61,729 nt of DNA from a virus (taxonomy: Duplodnaviria > Caudoviricetes), in the IMG/VR virus record IMGVR_UViG_3300043395_000560, positions 1 through 61,729 of that record; one strand, written 5' to 3'. This document shows positions 6,535 to 16,800 of the stretch, one piece after another. The position numbers and the translations under genes were made by a program. How positions within the stretch are numbered: the stretch's first letter is position 1; each line of letters starts with the position of its first letter. The notes beneath the pieces are model-generated. The model saw nothing but the letters and a program-made list of their open reading frames with translations, did no database searches and was not told the origin of the DNA.

Positions 6535-6829
6535 AGCGCCAGTTCAAATTACGGATGAGTACGTCAGGACGTATTTGTGGGAACACAATTTGGTTGCTAT
6601 AGATGAAGGTGACTTCAGGATGCTGAAGCAGCCGACAAAACTGTTAGCAATACCCGCGTTAATGGAACAAGCAGGATGGGTACGCAAGCGCGAATGGCAG
6701 GGGCTAACGGAAGGGGAGGTGGCAGATATTGTTGAGTCAACTAATTTGGCCGCCACTTATATTTATTTCCAAGCTATCGAAGCCAAGCTGAAGCTAAAGA
6801 ATGGCTACGCCGAGGAGAAGAACACATGA
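6527..6829 (+). CDS. Modular accessory protein
   Basis: REWQGLT and IEAKLK...EKNT modules. Confidence 0.7.
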   Translation: MVEAPVQITDEYVRTYLWEHNLVAIDEGDFRMLKQPTKLLAIPALMEQAGWVRKREWQGLTEGEVADIVESTNLAATYIYFQAIEAKLKLKNGYAEEKNT

Positions 6830-7719
6830 TACTGACAAATAAATTTGGGCTGCCGGACACCATAGTCAACGTACTTAAGCGCCCGCAGTACAGCAAGGGT
6901 GACAGCCACATCTCTGTTACAGAGATGCTCTCGCCGCCGCAGATAGTTCAACTCCGCGCCAAGCATGACGCAGAGATTGAGCAGGACGCCAGCGAGATGG
7001 TCTGGTCTCTGTTTGGCACAGCTGTACACAACGTACTCGAGCGCGGCAAGGATGACCACCATATCGTAGAAGAGCGCATCTTCACTGACCTAGACGGCTG
7101 GCGTATTAGCGGCCAGATAGATCTGCAAGAAGTCTACGAAGACGGTATTGCTATCAAAGACTACAAAGTCACATCTGCCTGGGCGGTGCAGGCTGAGAAG
7201 CAGGAATGGCACAACCAGCTGAACATCTACGCATGGTTAGTCGAGCGCGCTAAGGGCGTAGAAGTAAAGAGCCTACAGATCGTAGCCATCATCAGAGACT
7301 GGAACCGCCGCGATGCAGTGAACAAAGAAGGCTACCCACAGGCGCCTATCGTTACCATCGACATCCCCATCTGGTCTCATCAGGAGATGGAGTCACTGGT
7401 GCTTGGCCGGCTGAACAAACACAGCGAAGCCAGTCTGTCTGTGCAGATAGGTGACGCGCTGCCCGAATGTACAGCAGAGGATATGTGGGAGAAGCCAACA
7501 ACGTATGCCGTCAAGAAGACGGGCGGCGTACGCGCCAAACGAGTGTTCAACAATTTGCCAGAGGCGCAGGAGTTTCTGGCAACGGTAAAGGATCATGAGA
7601 TTGAGACCAGGCAGGGCGGCAGAACCAGATGCACAAGCTTCTGCAATGTCAGTCAGTTCTGCTCTCAGTACCAGCAGTACCTGCAACAAACCCAATTAAC
7701 TTTTGAATCAGGAGAATGA
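6826..7719 (+). CDS. PD-(D/E)XK (RecB/Cas4-like) exonuclease
   Basis: GTAVH, SGQIDL, IKDYK and QLNIY motifs, C-terminal Cys cluster RCTSFCNVSQFC; adjacent to ERF. Confidence 0.85.
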   Translation: MILTNKFGLPDTIVNVLKRPQYSKGDSHISVTEMLSPPQIVQLRAKHDAEIEQDASEMVWSLFGTAVHNVLERGKDDHHIVEERIFTDLDGWRISGQIDLQEVYEDGIAIKDYKVTSAWAVQAEKQEWHNQLNIYAWLVERAKGVEVKSLQIVAIIRDWNRRDAVNKEGYPQAPIVTIDIPIWSHQEMESLVLGRLNKHSEASLSVQIGDALPECTAEDMWEKPTTYAVKKTGGVRAKRVFNNLPEAQEFLATVKDHEIETRQGGRTRCTSFCNVSQFCSQYQQYLQQTQLTFESGE

Positions 7720-7720
7720 C

Positions 7721-7870
7721 ATGAAATATCTGATCGCTGTCTGGGCGCTCGCTTCAGCAAGCATGGCATACGCAAGCTGCACATCCCACAACTTCTGCGA
7801 CAACCGTGGTAACTGCACGTTCTGCACGACATGTTGCTACGGCGGCGTGTGCAACACAACCTGCTCATAA
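7721..7870 (+). CDS. Secreted Cys-rich peptide (49 aa)
   Basis: MKYLIAVWALASASMAYA-SCTSHNFCDNRGNCTFCTTCCYGGVCNTTCS; AGGAGA RBS; signal peptide with AYA site; 8 Cys. Confidence 0.65.
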   Translation: MKYLIAVWALASASMAYASCTSHNFCDNRGNCTFCTTCCYGGVCNTTCS

Positions 7871-7879
7871 GGAGAACGA

Positions 7880-8587
7880 ATGAAATCTATAGCCGCCGCA
7901 CTGGTAAAAGCGCAGAAGGAGTTTGGTCCTGCGCTGAAGACCAGTACCAATCCACACTTTCGCAGCCGCTACGCAGACCTATCTGCCTGCGTGGAGGCTG
8001 TTATCGACGCATTAAATAACAATGGCATCTACCTGATGCAGCTGACTGACGAGCATGACGGCGGGGTAAAGGTATCTACTACCTTCATTCATGAGTCAGG
8101 TGAGCAGCTGTCAGGTGGGACGCTGTTCATGCCAGCCAGTAAACATGACGCGCAGGGTTTTGGCAGCGCTTTGTCGTACGCTCGGAGATATAGCCTGATG
8201 GCCGCCTGCGGTATCGCGCCAGAAGAGGATGACGGTAACGCTGCATCGAAGCCAGTTGCACCAAAGGTTATGCCCAAGGCCGTAGCAAAAGCGCCAGAAG
8301 CACCACCGCCTAAGCTGGCAGGTACAGTCAGTCAATGGCAGCTGAAGGTATCTGCCGAGCCTGAGACTACCGTAGATGATTGGTCATCAACTATCGCTGA
8401 CACCACTAACTTTGCTTTGGAGATGGCGCAGTCAGTCAATGATGTCAACAGCATCTACAAGATTAACAAGGTTGTGTACGACAGGTTGCAAGCATTGGAC
8501 AGTGTGACGTATTCGATGTTGCTGGATCGGTTTGGTGAGTTTAAGAAAAAATTTAAGGAGCAAGAGAATGAGTACGTTCCCGAATAG
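7880..8587 (+). CDS. erf: ERF-family single-strand annealing protein
   Basis: NPHFRSRYADL, HESGE, QGFGSALSYARRYSL...GIAPEEDDG signature. Confidence 0.9.
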   Translation: MKSIAAALVKAQKEFGPALKTSTNPHFRSRYADLSACVEAVIDALNNNGIYLMQLTDEHDGGVKVSTTFIHESGEQLSGGTLFMPASKHDAQGFGSALSYARRYSLMAACGIAPEEDDGNAASKPVAPKVMPKAVAKAPEAPPPKLAGTVSQWQLKVSAEPETTVDDWSSTIADTTNFALEMAQSVNDVNSIYKINKVVYDRLQALDSVTYSMLLDRFGEFKKKFKEQENEYVPE

Positions 8588-8852
8588 AGGGCGCTTGAAC
8601 TACAGCAAGCAGAAGATCAATCAGTCTAGCCCTGATCTGTACGGTGAGATTGCGATCGAGCGCGGCCTGCTGCGGCAGCTGCTGGAAGAGACAGATGAGG
8701 ACAACATCGTTATCCGTCTGTCCGGTTGGGAGAAGAGCGGCAACTATGGTCCGTGGTTTTCTATCCAAGTAAACACTTGGAAGAAGACAGAGCCACCGCT
8801 TACCAAGCCAGCGCCACCGCCAGTGGTGGATGACCAAGACCTGCCCTTCTGA
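8568..8852 (+). CDS. Putative ssDNA-binding protein
   Basis: PDLYGEI...SGW core and acidic DDQDLPF tail; follows ERF. Confidence 0.65.
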   Translation: MSTFPNRGRLNYSKQKINQSSPDLYGEIAIERGLLRQLLEETDEDNIVIRLSGWEKSGNYGPWFSIQVNTWKKTEPPLTKPAPPPVVDDQDLPF

Positions 8853-8856
8853 CATC

Positions 8857-9060
8857 ATGAACCATCTAATAGATCATCTCTTGAGCCAATACAGTATTAA
8901 GAATGACGCTGCACTGGCCAAACTGTTGGGCGTTCACCCGCCGACTATCTCGAAGATGCGGCATGGCCATATGCCTCTGACACCGGCTTTCATTCTGAAG
9001 GTTCACGAAGCATTTGATATGCCGATCAAAGAGATTAAGCAGATAGCACATGGCAGCTAA
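8857..9060 (+). CDS. XRE/Cro-like HTH regulator
   Basis: DAALAKLLGVHPPTISKMRHG helix-turn-helix. Confidence 0.8.
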   Translation: MNHLIDHLLSQYSIKNDAALAKLLGVHPPTISKMRHGHMPLTPAFILKVHEAFDMPIKEIKQIAHGS

Positions 9061-9367
9061 GTCGCCTACCCAACGGAGCCTGGAGTATCTGCGAGAACAG
9101 GGATATCACTGTGAGGTTGTAGAGAAGTGGAATCCTTGGCGGCGTATACGTCAGGATCTGTGGGGCTGGTGCGACATCCTGGCTATCCGTCGGGGCGAAG
9201 TGCTGGCCGTGCAAGTGACGAGCAGCGGGGTGTCATCACGGATCAAGAAGATCCAAGAATCTGACACCATCGCGCACGTCAGGGAGGCGGGCATCAGAGT
9301 GGAAGTACACGGCTGGACTAAAAGAGTAAACGGGAAATATGCACTGAGGGTGGAGGATATTTCATGA
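9050..9367 (+). CDS. Small PD-(D/E)XK nuclease, Holliday-junction resolvase-like
   Basis: YLREQGY...DLWGWCDILA...AVQVT pattern. Confidence 0.6.
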   Translation: MAAKSPTQRSLEYLREQGYHCEVVEKWNPWRRIRQDLWGWCDILAIRRGEVLAVQVTSSGVSSRIKKIQESDTIAHVREAGIRVEVHGWTKRVNGKYALRVEDIS

Positions 9368-9714
9368 GTTTTGGAACAGACCCAAAAAAACTTGTAAGAA
9401 CAAATGATCCAGATACAAGTCATGACGCCGCTGTAAAAGTTGATACTTCACGATTGGAACAGATGGTTTATGAAACCATAAAAACTTTTGGTGAACGTGG
9501 CTGTATCAGTGATGAAGTGCGCGCCAAATTTATAGGGTTTCCTTATTCATCTGTTACCGCTAGATATCGTGCGTTGTTGGACAAAGGTTACATTGAAGAC
9601 ACTGGAGTGCGACGCAAGGGAACTTCTGGGAAAAATCAAAGAGTGATGCGGATATCAAATGCACAAGAGACAAGCAACCCTACCGTTACGCAACAACAAA
9701 ATTTGTTTGAATAA
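9364..9714 (+). CDS. Winged-helix DNA-binding protein
   Basis: RTNDPDTSH N-terminus; SSVTARYRALLDKGYIEDTG...SGKNQRV. Confidence 0.65.
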   Translation: MSFGTDPKKLVRTNDPDTSHDAAVKVDTSRLEQMVYETIKTFGERGCISDEVRAKFIGFPYSSVTARYRALLDKGYIEDTGVRRKGTSGKNQRVMRISNAQETSNPTVTQQQNLFE

Positions 9715-9750
9715 TATTTTTAAGCGCCATGATGAAAGCAAGGGAACAAA

Positions 9751-10173
9751 ATGGAGACTAGCCAGTTTGAAGCAGTGAAGGTAGCAATGAAGCAGGACAA
9801 CTCTGGCTACATCCTGACGCTGCGTATACACCCAGATGACCTGCCAGAAGTGGTCATGCGTGACTTTGTTGGCGCCAGATACATGGCAGTTCTTGTGCGG
9901 ATCAATGAAGAAGAAAGACCTATGAACCGCGAGCAGGAGCTGGCCAAGGATATGGTGCGGGTATCTGGGATGTTATGCCGTGACCCTAAGTTCTGGGCGT
10001 TTCTTGAGGACGCGGGCGAGATATTTGGGCAGTCAGAGAAGGCAGCTACAGAGTGGATGTATCAGTATCTGAAGGTGGACAGCCGGGCGGACATTCCCAA
10101 AAGCCAAGCGGCTATCGAGAAGCTTCTAGGAATGAAAGAGGAATTTAAGACATGGAAATTAGCAAACGAATGA
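9751..10173 (+). CDS. Hypothetical protein
   Basis: 140-aa ORF within the operon. Confidence 0.7.
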   Translation: METSQFEAVKVAMKQDNSGYILTLRIHPDDLPEVVMRDFVGARYMAVLVRINEEERPMNREQELAKDMVRVSGMLCRDPKFWAFLEDAGEIFGQSEKAATEWMYQYLKVDSRADIPKSQAAIEKLLGMKEEFKTWKLANE

Positions 10174-10436
10174 TCCCGTACTCGGTCAACCTTCCAGAAG
10201 AAACTTATCTGGAACTGCGTAAACACGCTAAGAACCGGCAGGCATCTACCCTTGTGCGCAACGCTATTGAGATGATCATCAGCAAAGAAGATCCTTTCAA
10301 TGCCGGCTACACACAAGCCATGCGGGATGTGACCAGGGTTATCCGCACACACAAACTGGCCAACGATCTTGCGTTCGCCGGCGAGTCTGTCGCAGATTCA
10401 ATGATCGCAGCTATCTCAGAGATATCAGAAAGATGA
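10170..10436 (+). CDS. Ribbon-helix-helix-like protein
   Basis: YSVNLPEETYLELRKHA...STLVRNAIE pattern; ATGA coupling. Confidence 0.55.
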   Translation: MIPYSVNLPEETYLELRKHAKNRQASTLVRNAIEMIISKEDPFNAGYTQAMRDVTRVIRTHKLANDLAFAGESVADSMIAAISEISER

Positions 10437-10951
10437 GCCATCCTGCACAGATGATATTCGTGGAATCTGTTAAGCAGAACTACGTCAATCTATTTATCCG
10501 CAAGAAGGTGCTGGAGATTGGCAGCCTCAACATCAACGGATCTATTCGTCAGTTCTTTATCGACTGCGACTACACCGGCGTAGACTTAGCGCCTGGCAAG
10601 GACGTTGACATGGTTGCCCGTGGAGAAGATCTCAGTTTTCCTGATAAGAGCTTTGATGTTGTCTGTTCCTGCGAATGTTTTGAACACAACCCTGAGTGGG
10701 CGCGCACGTTCGACAACATGGCAAGGATGGCTAAGAGTCTGGTCTTCTTCTCCTGCGCTACGACAGGCCGCCCAGAACACGGCACACCCAGAACCACGCC
10801 GCAAGACGCACCCTTCTGCGGAGACTATTACCAGAACCTGAGAGCATCCGACTTCCTAGAGAAGTGCAACATGGATGTGTTTATCAGCTACCGATTCTTA
10901 GTCAACAAAGCAGCGCAAGACCTTTACTTTATCGGCATTAAAAAACCCTAG
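10433..10951 (+). CDS. Class I SAM-dependent methyltransferase
   Basis: VLEIGS, YTGVD, FPDKSFDVVCSCECFEH motifs. Confidence 0.85.
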   Translation: MSHPAQMIFVESVKQNYVNLFIRKKVLEIGSLNINGSIRQFFIDCDYTGVDLAPGKDVDMVARGEDLSFPDKSFDVVCSCECFEHNPEWARTFDNMARMAKSLVFFSCATTGRPEHGTPRTTPQDAPFCGDYYQNLRASDFLEKCNMDVFISYRFLVNKAAQDLYFIGIKKP

Positions 10952-10960
10952 GAGAAAAGC

Positions 10961-11710
10961 ATGGCAAAGTTATTCGTGGCCACCCCTATGTATGGTGGCA
11001 TGTGCGCAGGTCATTACACGCAAGCGATCTTGCAGTTACAGGGGCTGTGTCAGCAGAACCGTATCGACATGGCTGCTAGTTTTATGTTCAACGAAAGCCT
11101 GATCACTCGCGCTCGCAACGCTCTGGCACACGGGTTCCTGAAGTCTGGCTTTACTCACCTGATGTTTATTGATGCCGATATCAGGTTTAACCCGCATGAC
11201 GTGCTGGCCATGTTGCTGGCGGACAAAGAAGTTATCGCCGGCATTTATCCCAAGAAAGAAATCAACTGGTCATTAGTCAGTCGGGCGGTAGAACACGGAG
11301 TCCCTGTAGATCAGTTGAAGTATTACTCTGGTTCGCATGTCGTTAATCTGGTTGACCGCTCTGGCCATGCAGAGTTTGATGGCAACGAACCAGCCGAGAT
11401 TCTTAATGCCGGCACTGGATTCATGATGATCAAACGCCAAGTGTTCGAGGAGCTAAAACCGCTAGTGCCTACTTATATTAACAACGCTACTGACCTGAAT
11501 CAAAAGCTAGGGGCAGAAGAGATTAGCGAATTTTTTACCACCAGTATTGAACCAGAGACACAGCACCTACTGTCTGAGGACTATCACTTCTGCCGTATCT
11601 GGCGTGAGGCTGGCGGGAAAATATACGCAGCACCGTGGGCGCAGCTAGGACATGTCGGAACATATCTGTTTGACGGATCACTAGCACCTGCCTTCCCGGA
11701 GAAAGAATGA
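10961..11710 (+). CDS. GT-A fold glycosyltransferase-like protein
   Basis: VATPMYGG, SLITRARN, FIDAD, GTGFMMIKR, SEDYHFC, HVG motifs. Confidence 0.8.
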   Translation: MAKLFVATPMYGGMCAGHYTQAILQLQGLCQQNRIDMAASFMFNESLITRARNALAHGFLKSGFTHLMFIDADIRFNPHDVLAMLLADKEVIAGIYPKKEINWSLVSRAVEHGVPVDQLKYYSGSHVVNLVDRSGHAEFDGNEPAEILNAGTGFMMIKRQVFEELKPLVPTYINNATDLNQKLGAEEISEFFTTSIEPETQHLLSEDYHFCRIWREAGGKIYAAPWAQLGHVGTYLFDGSLAPAFPEKE

Positions 11711-12510
11711 ACTACGATCAGATAACAGTGGTTGCCATTTACGGGAATGGCCAAGGACTGCGGGCAATACCAGCAATAGAGAAGACTGCTGCCTGCTTTC
11801 CTGGCTGTAAGAAGCTGCTGATCACCAACGAACTGCTGGCCGTGGACATCCCGCAGAAACAGATTGCCGCGCCGCTAGACTATATCGGCTACAGCAATTT
11901 CTGTATGTACAGCCTGCACCACTACATCGAGACAGACTACGCCCTAATAGTTCAGCACGACGGCTGGGCGCTGTCGGCAGACAACTGGAAGGATGACTGG
12001 CTGAATTACGACTACATCGGCGGCCTAGTTCACGCGGCGGTCAAGGGCGATGACTTCTTTACCAGGTTCTCATGGGTAGCAGTTAGTGATCCTATAGTTG
12101 TACAAAATGGTGGATTTAGTTTGAGAAGCAAGAAATTTATGCGTTCTTTGGTCTACAACGGGATCATGCCCAAGATGTACACCATGCCCATGCTGAACAA
12201 CGAAGACGTGCAGATGACTGCTTTCTTGCGTCCGGCGCTGGAACGGATCGGTATCAAGTTTGCCCCCAACGAAGAAGCAAAGATATTTTCGTTCGAGCAT
12301 CTTGCGCCAGAAGTTCATGGCGGTATCGACATCACAAAGATCTTTGGACACCACAGCCGGTTCCGAGAACTGATAGACGCTAACACAATGGTTTGGAAAA
12401 TAGATAGTCAAATGACAAAAACCATCCCGTTGGAGCTTACGGTGTACGATTTATTCTCTGACCACTACGGTTATCAGATGATTCATGAAGGAGCTATAAA
12501 TGTTACGTGA
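11707..12510 (+). CDS. Glycosyltransferase-like protein (DUF5672-like)
   Basis: LIVQHDG, YDYIG, NGGFSLRSKK, NED, FSFE motifs. Confidence 0.75.
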   Translation: MNYDQITVVAIYGNGQGLRAIPAIEKTAACFPGCKKLLITNELLAVDIPQKQIAAPLDYIGYSNFCMYSLHHYIETDYALIVQHDGWALSADNWKDDWLNYDYIGGLVHAAVKGDDFFTRFSWVAVSDPIVVQNGGFSLRSKKFMRSLVYNGIMPKMYTMPMLNNEDVQMTAFLRPALERIGIKFAPNEEAKIFSFEHLAPEVHGGIDITKIFGHHSRFRELIDANTMVWKIDSQMTKTIPLELTVYDLFSDHYGYQMIHEGAINVT

Positions 12511-12757
12511 CGGACAATTTATTAAGGAACCCCCTATCAAGATTGGTGTGTACTACAACCCTGGTACTCAGCAACAACCCACGCCCGAAGATGAGTTTGT
12601 ACAGGACTTGATTCTCTGTGGCACACATGACCCGCAGAATCTGGCCACCACACGTTCGGCCAAGATACTGGACTGGATATTGTTTGTCCTGCTGGTCTGG
12701 CTGATGACGGCGGCGCTAGTGCCGGCGGTCAAGTTTATTGCTGATCATTTGATTTAA
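12500..12757 (+). CDS. Hypothetical membrane protein
   Basis: C-terminal hydrophobic helix. Confidence 0.65.
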   Translation: MLRDGQFIKEPPIKIGVYYNPGTQQQPTPEDEFVQDLILCGTHDPQNLATTRSAKILDWILFVLLVWLMTAALVPAVKFIADHLI

Positions 12758-12960
12758 TGGATAAGACGCTTCTGAAGATAGCTAAACAAGTCGCCAAAGA
12801 GAAAGACCTTGTGTATGCGCCTGACGAAGTTGCGGTGCAGTGGATGCACAGATTCTCAGAGATTGTCTCTATAGGCGAGCGCGAACGGTGCGCCCAGATC
12901 TGTGATGATATGGGCCTACCGGAAGCCGCTAAGAAAATACGGGAGAGTAAACATGGATAA
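12757..12960 (+). CDS. Hypothetical protein
   Basis: TAATG coupling; ERERCAQIC motif like 3552-3881. Confidence 0.65.
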   Translation: MDKTLLKIAKQVAKEKDLVYAPDEVAVQWMHRFSEIVSIGERERCAQICDDMGLPEAAKKIRESKHG

Positions 12961-13216
12961 CGTTAACTGGATTCGTTCTCGTCACTACACTATTAATTGG
13001 GCAGACCTGCGCCCGCTGCCGACAGCGCCCAGCCCAGAAACAAACCTGCGTGTAGACTATGACGCCACAGGTAAAGTCATCAACATGGAGTGGGTTAACC
13101 GCGAGCTGCCCAGTTTTGAAGACTTGTACCAAGAGTTCCTGAAGAGCCGTGGCTGGTTGGATAACGCAACCACGCGCGAGACATTTGAAGCCGGATGGGA
13201 TGCAGCACGATCATGA
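12953..13216 (+). CDS. Hypothetical protein
   Basis: GGGAGAG RBS; ORF within the operon. Confidence 0.6.
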   Translation: MDNVNWIRSRHYTINWADLRPLPTAPSPETNLRVDYDATGKVINMEWVNRELPSFEDLYQEFLKSRGWLDNATTRETFEAGWDAARS

Positions 13217-13389
13217 GCGAGTATGACCGTAAGTTTTGCGGTAGCTGCCAGATGCACAAACCACTGGACGGCGGCATGATGAAACAGTTCAGGAACGGAT
13301 CCCGTTGGATCTGTAAGTCATGCGCCGAAAGAACGACCGTCAGCCAGTACACCAGAAAGAAAAAACAAAATGCTCTGTCCGTCGTGTGA
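13213..13389 (+). CDS. Small zinc-ribbon protein
   Basis: CGSC...WICKSC. Confidence 0.6.
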   Translation: MSEYDRKFCGSCQMHKPLDGGMMKQFRNGSRWICKSCAERTTVSQYTRKKKQNALSVV

Positions 13390-13558
13390 GGAGAAAACCA
13401 AAGTCTTAGAAACTAGACAGTTCTATGACAAAGATGGTGAGTTCTACTACCTTGATCGCAGACGGGAATGCCTGTCCTGCGGAGAGCGGTTCTTCTCGCT
13501 AGAGATCCCGCGCGATGTATGGCGGCAATATGAGAAGGTAGAAAATGAAACCAGTTAA
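13370..13558 (+). CDS. NrdR N-terminal-like zinc ribbon protein
   Basis: MLCPSC...TKVLETR...RRRECLSCGERF. Confidence 0.7.
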   Translation: MLCPSCEEKTKVLETRQFYDKDGEFYYLDRRRECLSCGERFFSLEIPRDVWRQYEKVENETS

Positions 13559-13835
13559 GCAGTATATGGACGAAGTAGCCGGGCTTGGTTGTGTGCTTTG
13601 TCACCATCTCGGGAACGGCTATACCCCCGCTGTCTTGCATCATCCTCGTGACGCTGTGGGCGGGGCGCAGCGGGCGTCTGACTGGCTGGTAATCCCTCTT
13701 TGTCCTGAACACCATGTTGGAAAGTCTGGCTACCACGGACTAGGAAGCAGAGGCTTTTATACACGGTACAGACTCGAAGAGTGGGATCTTATGGCCATGA
13801 CTATTGAGCGCCACCAGAAATCACTGGCGGAGTGA
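13545..13835 (+). CDS. Ref-like (RecA-dependent) HNH nuclease
   Basis: GCVLC...LHH...IPLCPEHH...YHG. Confidence 0.75.
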   Translation: MKPVKQYMDEVAGLGCVLCHHLGNGYTPAVLHHPRDAVGGAQRASDWLVIPLCPEHHVGKSGYHGLGSRGFYTRYRLEEWDLMAMTIERHQKSLAE

Positions 13836-16800
13836 CTTCCGTACATCCTCTGCCTGCTTAGCCAAGTCGCCAATCAGCTGCTTCAAGCGGTCAATCTCTT
13901 CCCGCTTCTGCGCGCCGTCCATCGTCTCATCCCGCTGGATAACCTGGATGGCCTGCCGTACCTTTGCCATATCCTTGCTGGTCTTGTCATAGAACTTGGC
14001 CAGCTGGATCTTGTCGCCCTTCTCTTCCAGGATCTGCTGCACCTTCTCTGCCTGACCTAGCTCGGCGTAGTGACGCATATCAGCGTACGCCTGCTCGATA
14101 GTCTTCATGTTCTCGTAGAAGCTGGTCACATATCCAGACTGATTGGCCGGCAGCGTCCGCACGAATCCCAGCGACATCGTATCTGTCCAGTTGTGATCAG
14201 GGTAGGCGCTCTTCGAGAACGGCATCACCGCGTAGTGCGACGTAGCAGAGATGGTTGCACCCATCCAGCCCAGATAAGCCTTGATAGCGTAGTCTGTCTG
14301 TACGGGAGAAACCTCTGTTGCTTCTGGTAGGAATACGTTAGCCACCTGACTGAGTGCCTTTGCCAGCGGGCTGGTGTTGACAGCCACGCGCTCCGCCTTT
14401 GACAGACGCTCCATGCCGGCAGTCTCGATCGGCGCACCTGTGAAGCTGTCCTTGTTAGCGTACAGATCCACCAGCGGTTTGATCATCTGCGGGATCGGGT
14501 TGATGGCAAACGTGTCGGTCAGCATACGCTTCATGCTCTGCTCGAACACGCGACCCTCTGCGCCTTCATCAAACATCTGCTCAGCGATACGCTCAGCAAA
14601 TGTACCCATAGCACCAATCTCAAACGGTTTAGGAATACGGATAGCCGCTTCCATGCCTGGCAGGCGGAACCACCAGAAGTTGTCACGGTCCCACTGCTCA
14701 CGCTTCTTAAACTCGTCATCATCCTTGAACGCCATGTACAGCATCAAAGACGCTAATACAGTAGCGCCGGTAACAATAGAAAACTGTTGGGCTTTTTGCT
14801 TGTCAGTCAGATCTAATGGCTTGCCAGTCACCGAGTTGTACAGCACCCGGCTGGTAGGAATGATGCCATCACGGCCAAGCTTGTACAGACCTTGGATACG
14901 CGCATTCAGGAACGGGATGACCTGTGTTACCAAACGTACTGCCGGCCACGCGCCTTGCATAGAGAAGTCCAGCAGATCACGCGCTTGGAAGGATGCCTCC
15001 AGATGGCTAAGACCTTTTGCCCGCAGCTGCTTGTACAACGCCATACGGTTGGCCGCTTCCGAGCGGTTGCCCAACTCTTGGTAGGCGTCATACATCTTCT
15101 TCAGGCCGTTCTTAATCTTGGCCTCTGTGTTCAAGATGTTGTCAGGATTAACGCCCTGCTTAATCAAGCGCTTTACCTGTCTAGCCTGATCCCCTTCCAT
15201 ATAGGAACCAAAGTTGAAGATCGCGCCACCCGCCAGTGCAGAGATGTAATCAGGATTGCCCTTCTTACTAGCAGCCAAACCTTCCGTCACGTTCTTGCCA
15301 ATGTTCAAACCGATAGGCGATATGGCAGCAGACTGCACAGAATCACGGATCAAGTTACGTACCTTGAACGCAGGGCTGAGTGTCACGCCGTACTGCAAGA
15401 TGTTCTTGAAGTCTCGCGCCATGTCCAGGAACTTGGACTTCGGTCCCATGTATCCGATCGACATGATGGATTCCACTAGCAGCGGATCTATCACCTCATA
15501 GTAGGCAGGGTAGCCATTCATCATGACCTTGACCAAGCCCTTGCCATCAGAGGAGTACAAGCCTGGGCGCAACTCACCTTCGGCATACTTGATGTTGTCT
15601 ACCTCGCCAGCAGGGATAGGCTTGCCACTCTTCCTAGAGTAGACCTGCCCATCTTTCCACTGGAACTGTACCTTCAGGTTTGGATACGCAGCGCCCGCTT
15701 CAGTCGCAGCCTTGATAGTTTCCACCGCCGCATCGTTCTTCATGGACGATGACAGGATGTGGTTCCAGTTGCGCAGCAGGTTCTCCATCAGATCGCCAAA
15801 AGGTTTCTCCCCACCCTTCAGCGCCTTCGAGAAATACTTGTTGGCCAGACCAGATGCCGTACGGATGTCAGCAACCTCACCCTCCTCCACCATCTTGTAG
15901 AACGGGATGTAGTACACGTCTTTCAGGAAGGTGTCGTAGGACTTCTTGTCGATCAGCCCCTGCTGTAACGCTACGTCCAGCACAGACTTGTTCAGCTTGT
16001 TCAGTTCCTTACGGATGTCTTCATAGACCTCTAGTCTGCTCTTGTCGCCGATCTTGCCGGTAGCCAGTTTGTTGCGCTCTTCCACAATCTCTGGAGAGAT
16101 GGACGCAATCCTGCCGCGCTCAACTAATGCCGCATCACGGTTTAATGCCAGCCAGATCAGGAAGCTGTTGACCTCGTTACCAATTGGCTCAAGCGTCTTT
16201 ATCAATCCCTTAGTATCTGGCTTGATATCCAGCGCGCCGTCTGTCAGCTTGACCTGCCCGTAGAACGTCAGGCCTTCTAACGCGCCGTCAACAGTCTTGG
16301 ACATCCGGGCTTTGATATAAGCCAGCGGGCTGTAGTCCTTGATAGTGCGGTACTGGTCTGCGATACCCTGCGCCAACCGCTGGAACGTACGGTCTTTGTA
16401 CGTCTCCATCTTGTCAGCAAACGTCTTGCCTTCAGGGGCAAAGAACGGCTTAAGCTTTTCCAGATAATTAGGATCAACGTGTCCAAATCCTTGTTCTGGT
16501 GTGAGGCCGGGCTTCTTGCCTACGCCCTCAATCTTCTCTGCAACTTTCTTAGCTGCCTTTGATACAAGGCTTGGACCTGCTTTTTCAAACAAAGTACCCT
16601 GCACAGGTTGACCACCAGGCTTCACGCCAAAGCTGTACTGTCTAGAAATGATCTTGTCGCCTACAACATTGACATCTTCATCAAGGATAGATTCTGTCGT
16701 GCGTACCAGCTGATCCAGCGCGGTCAGGTATGGCTTGGTAACGTTCAGGATCTTGCGGATTAACTCCACAAGTTTGTCCATGATGGTCTTCTCGCCCACC

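Noticed and set aside
4000-6829. Diversity-generating retroelement or shufflon behind the repeats
   Set aside because: No reverse transcriptase or site-specific recombinase recognised, no adenine-specific variation, and all repeats are direct.
6826-7719. Cas4-like nuclease as the acquisition module of the RNA array
   Set aside because: It lies about 5 kb away in the opposite operon beside ERF and SSB, the usual exonuclease-annealase recombination module.
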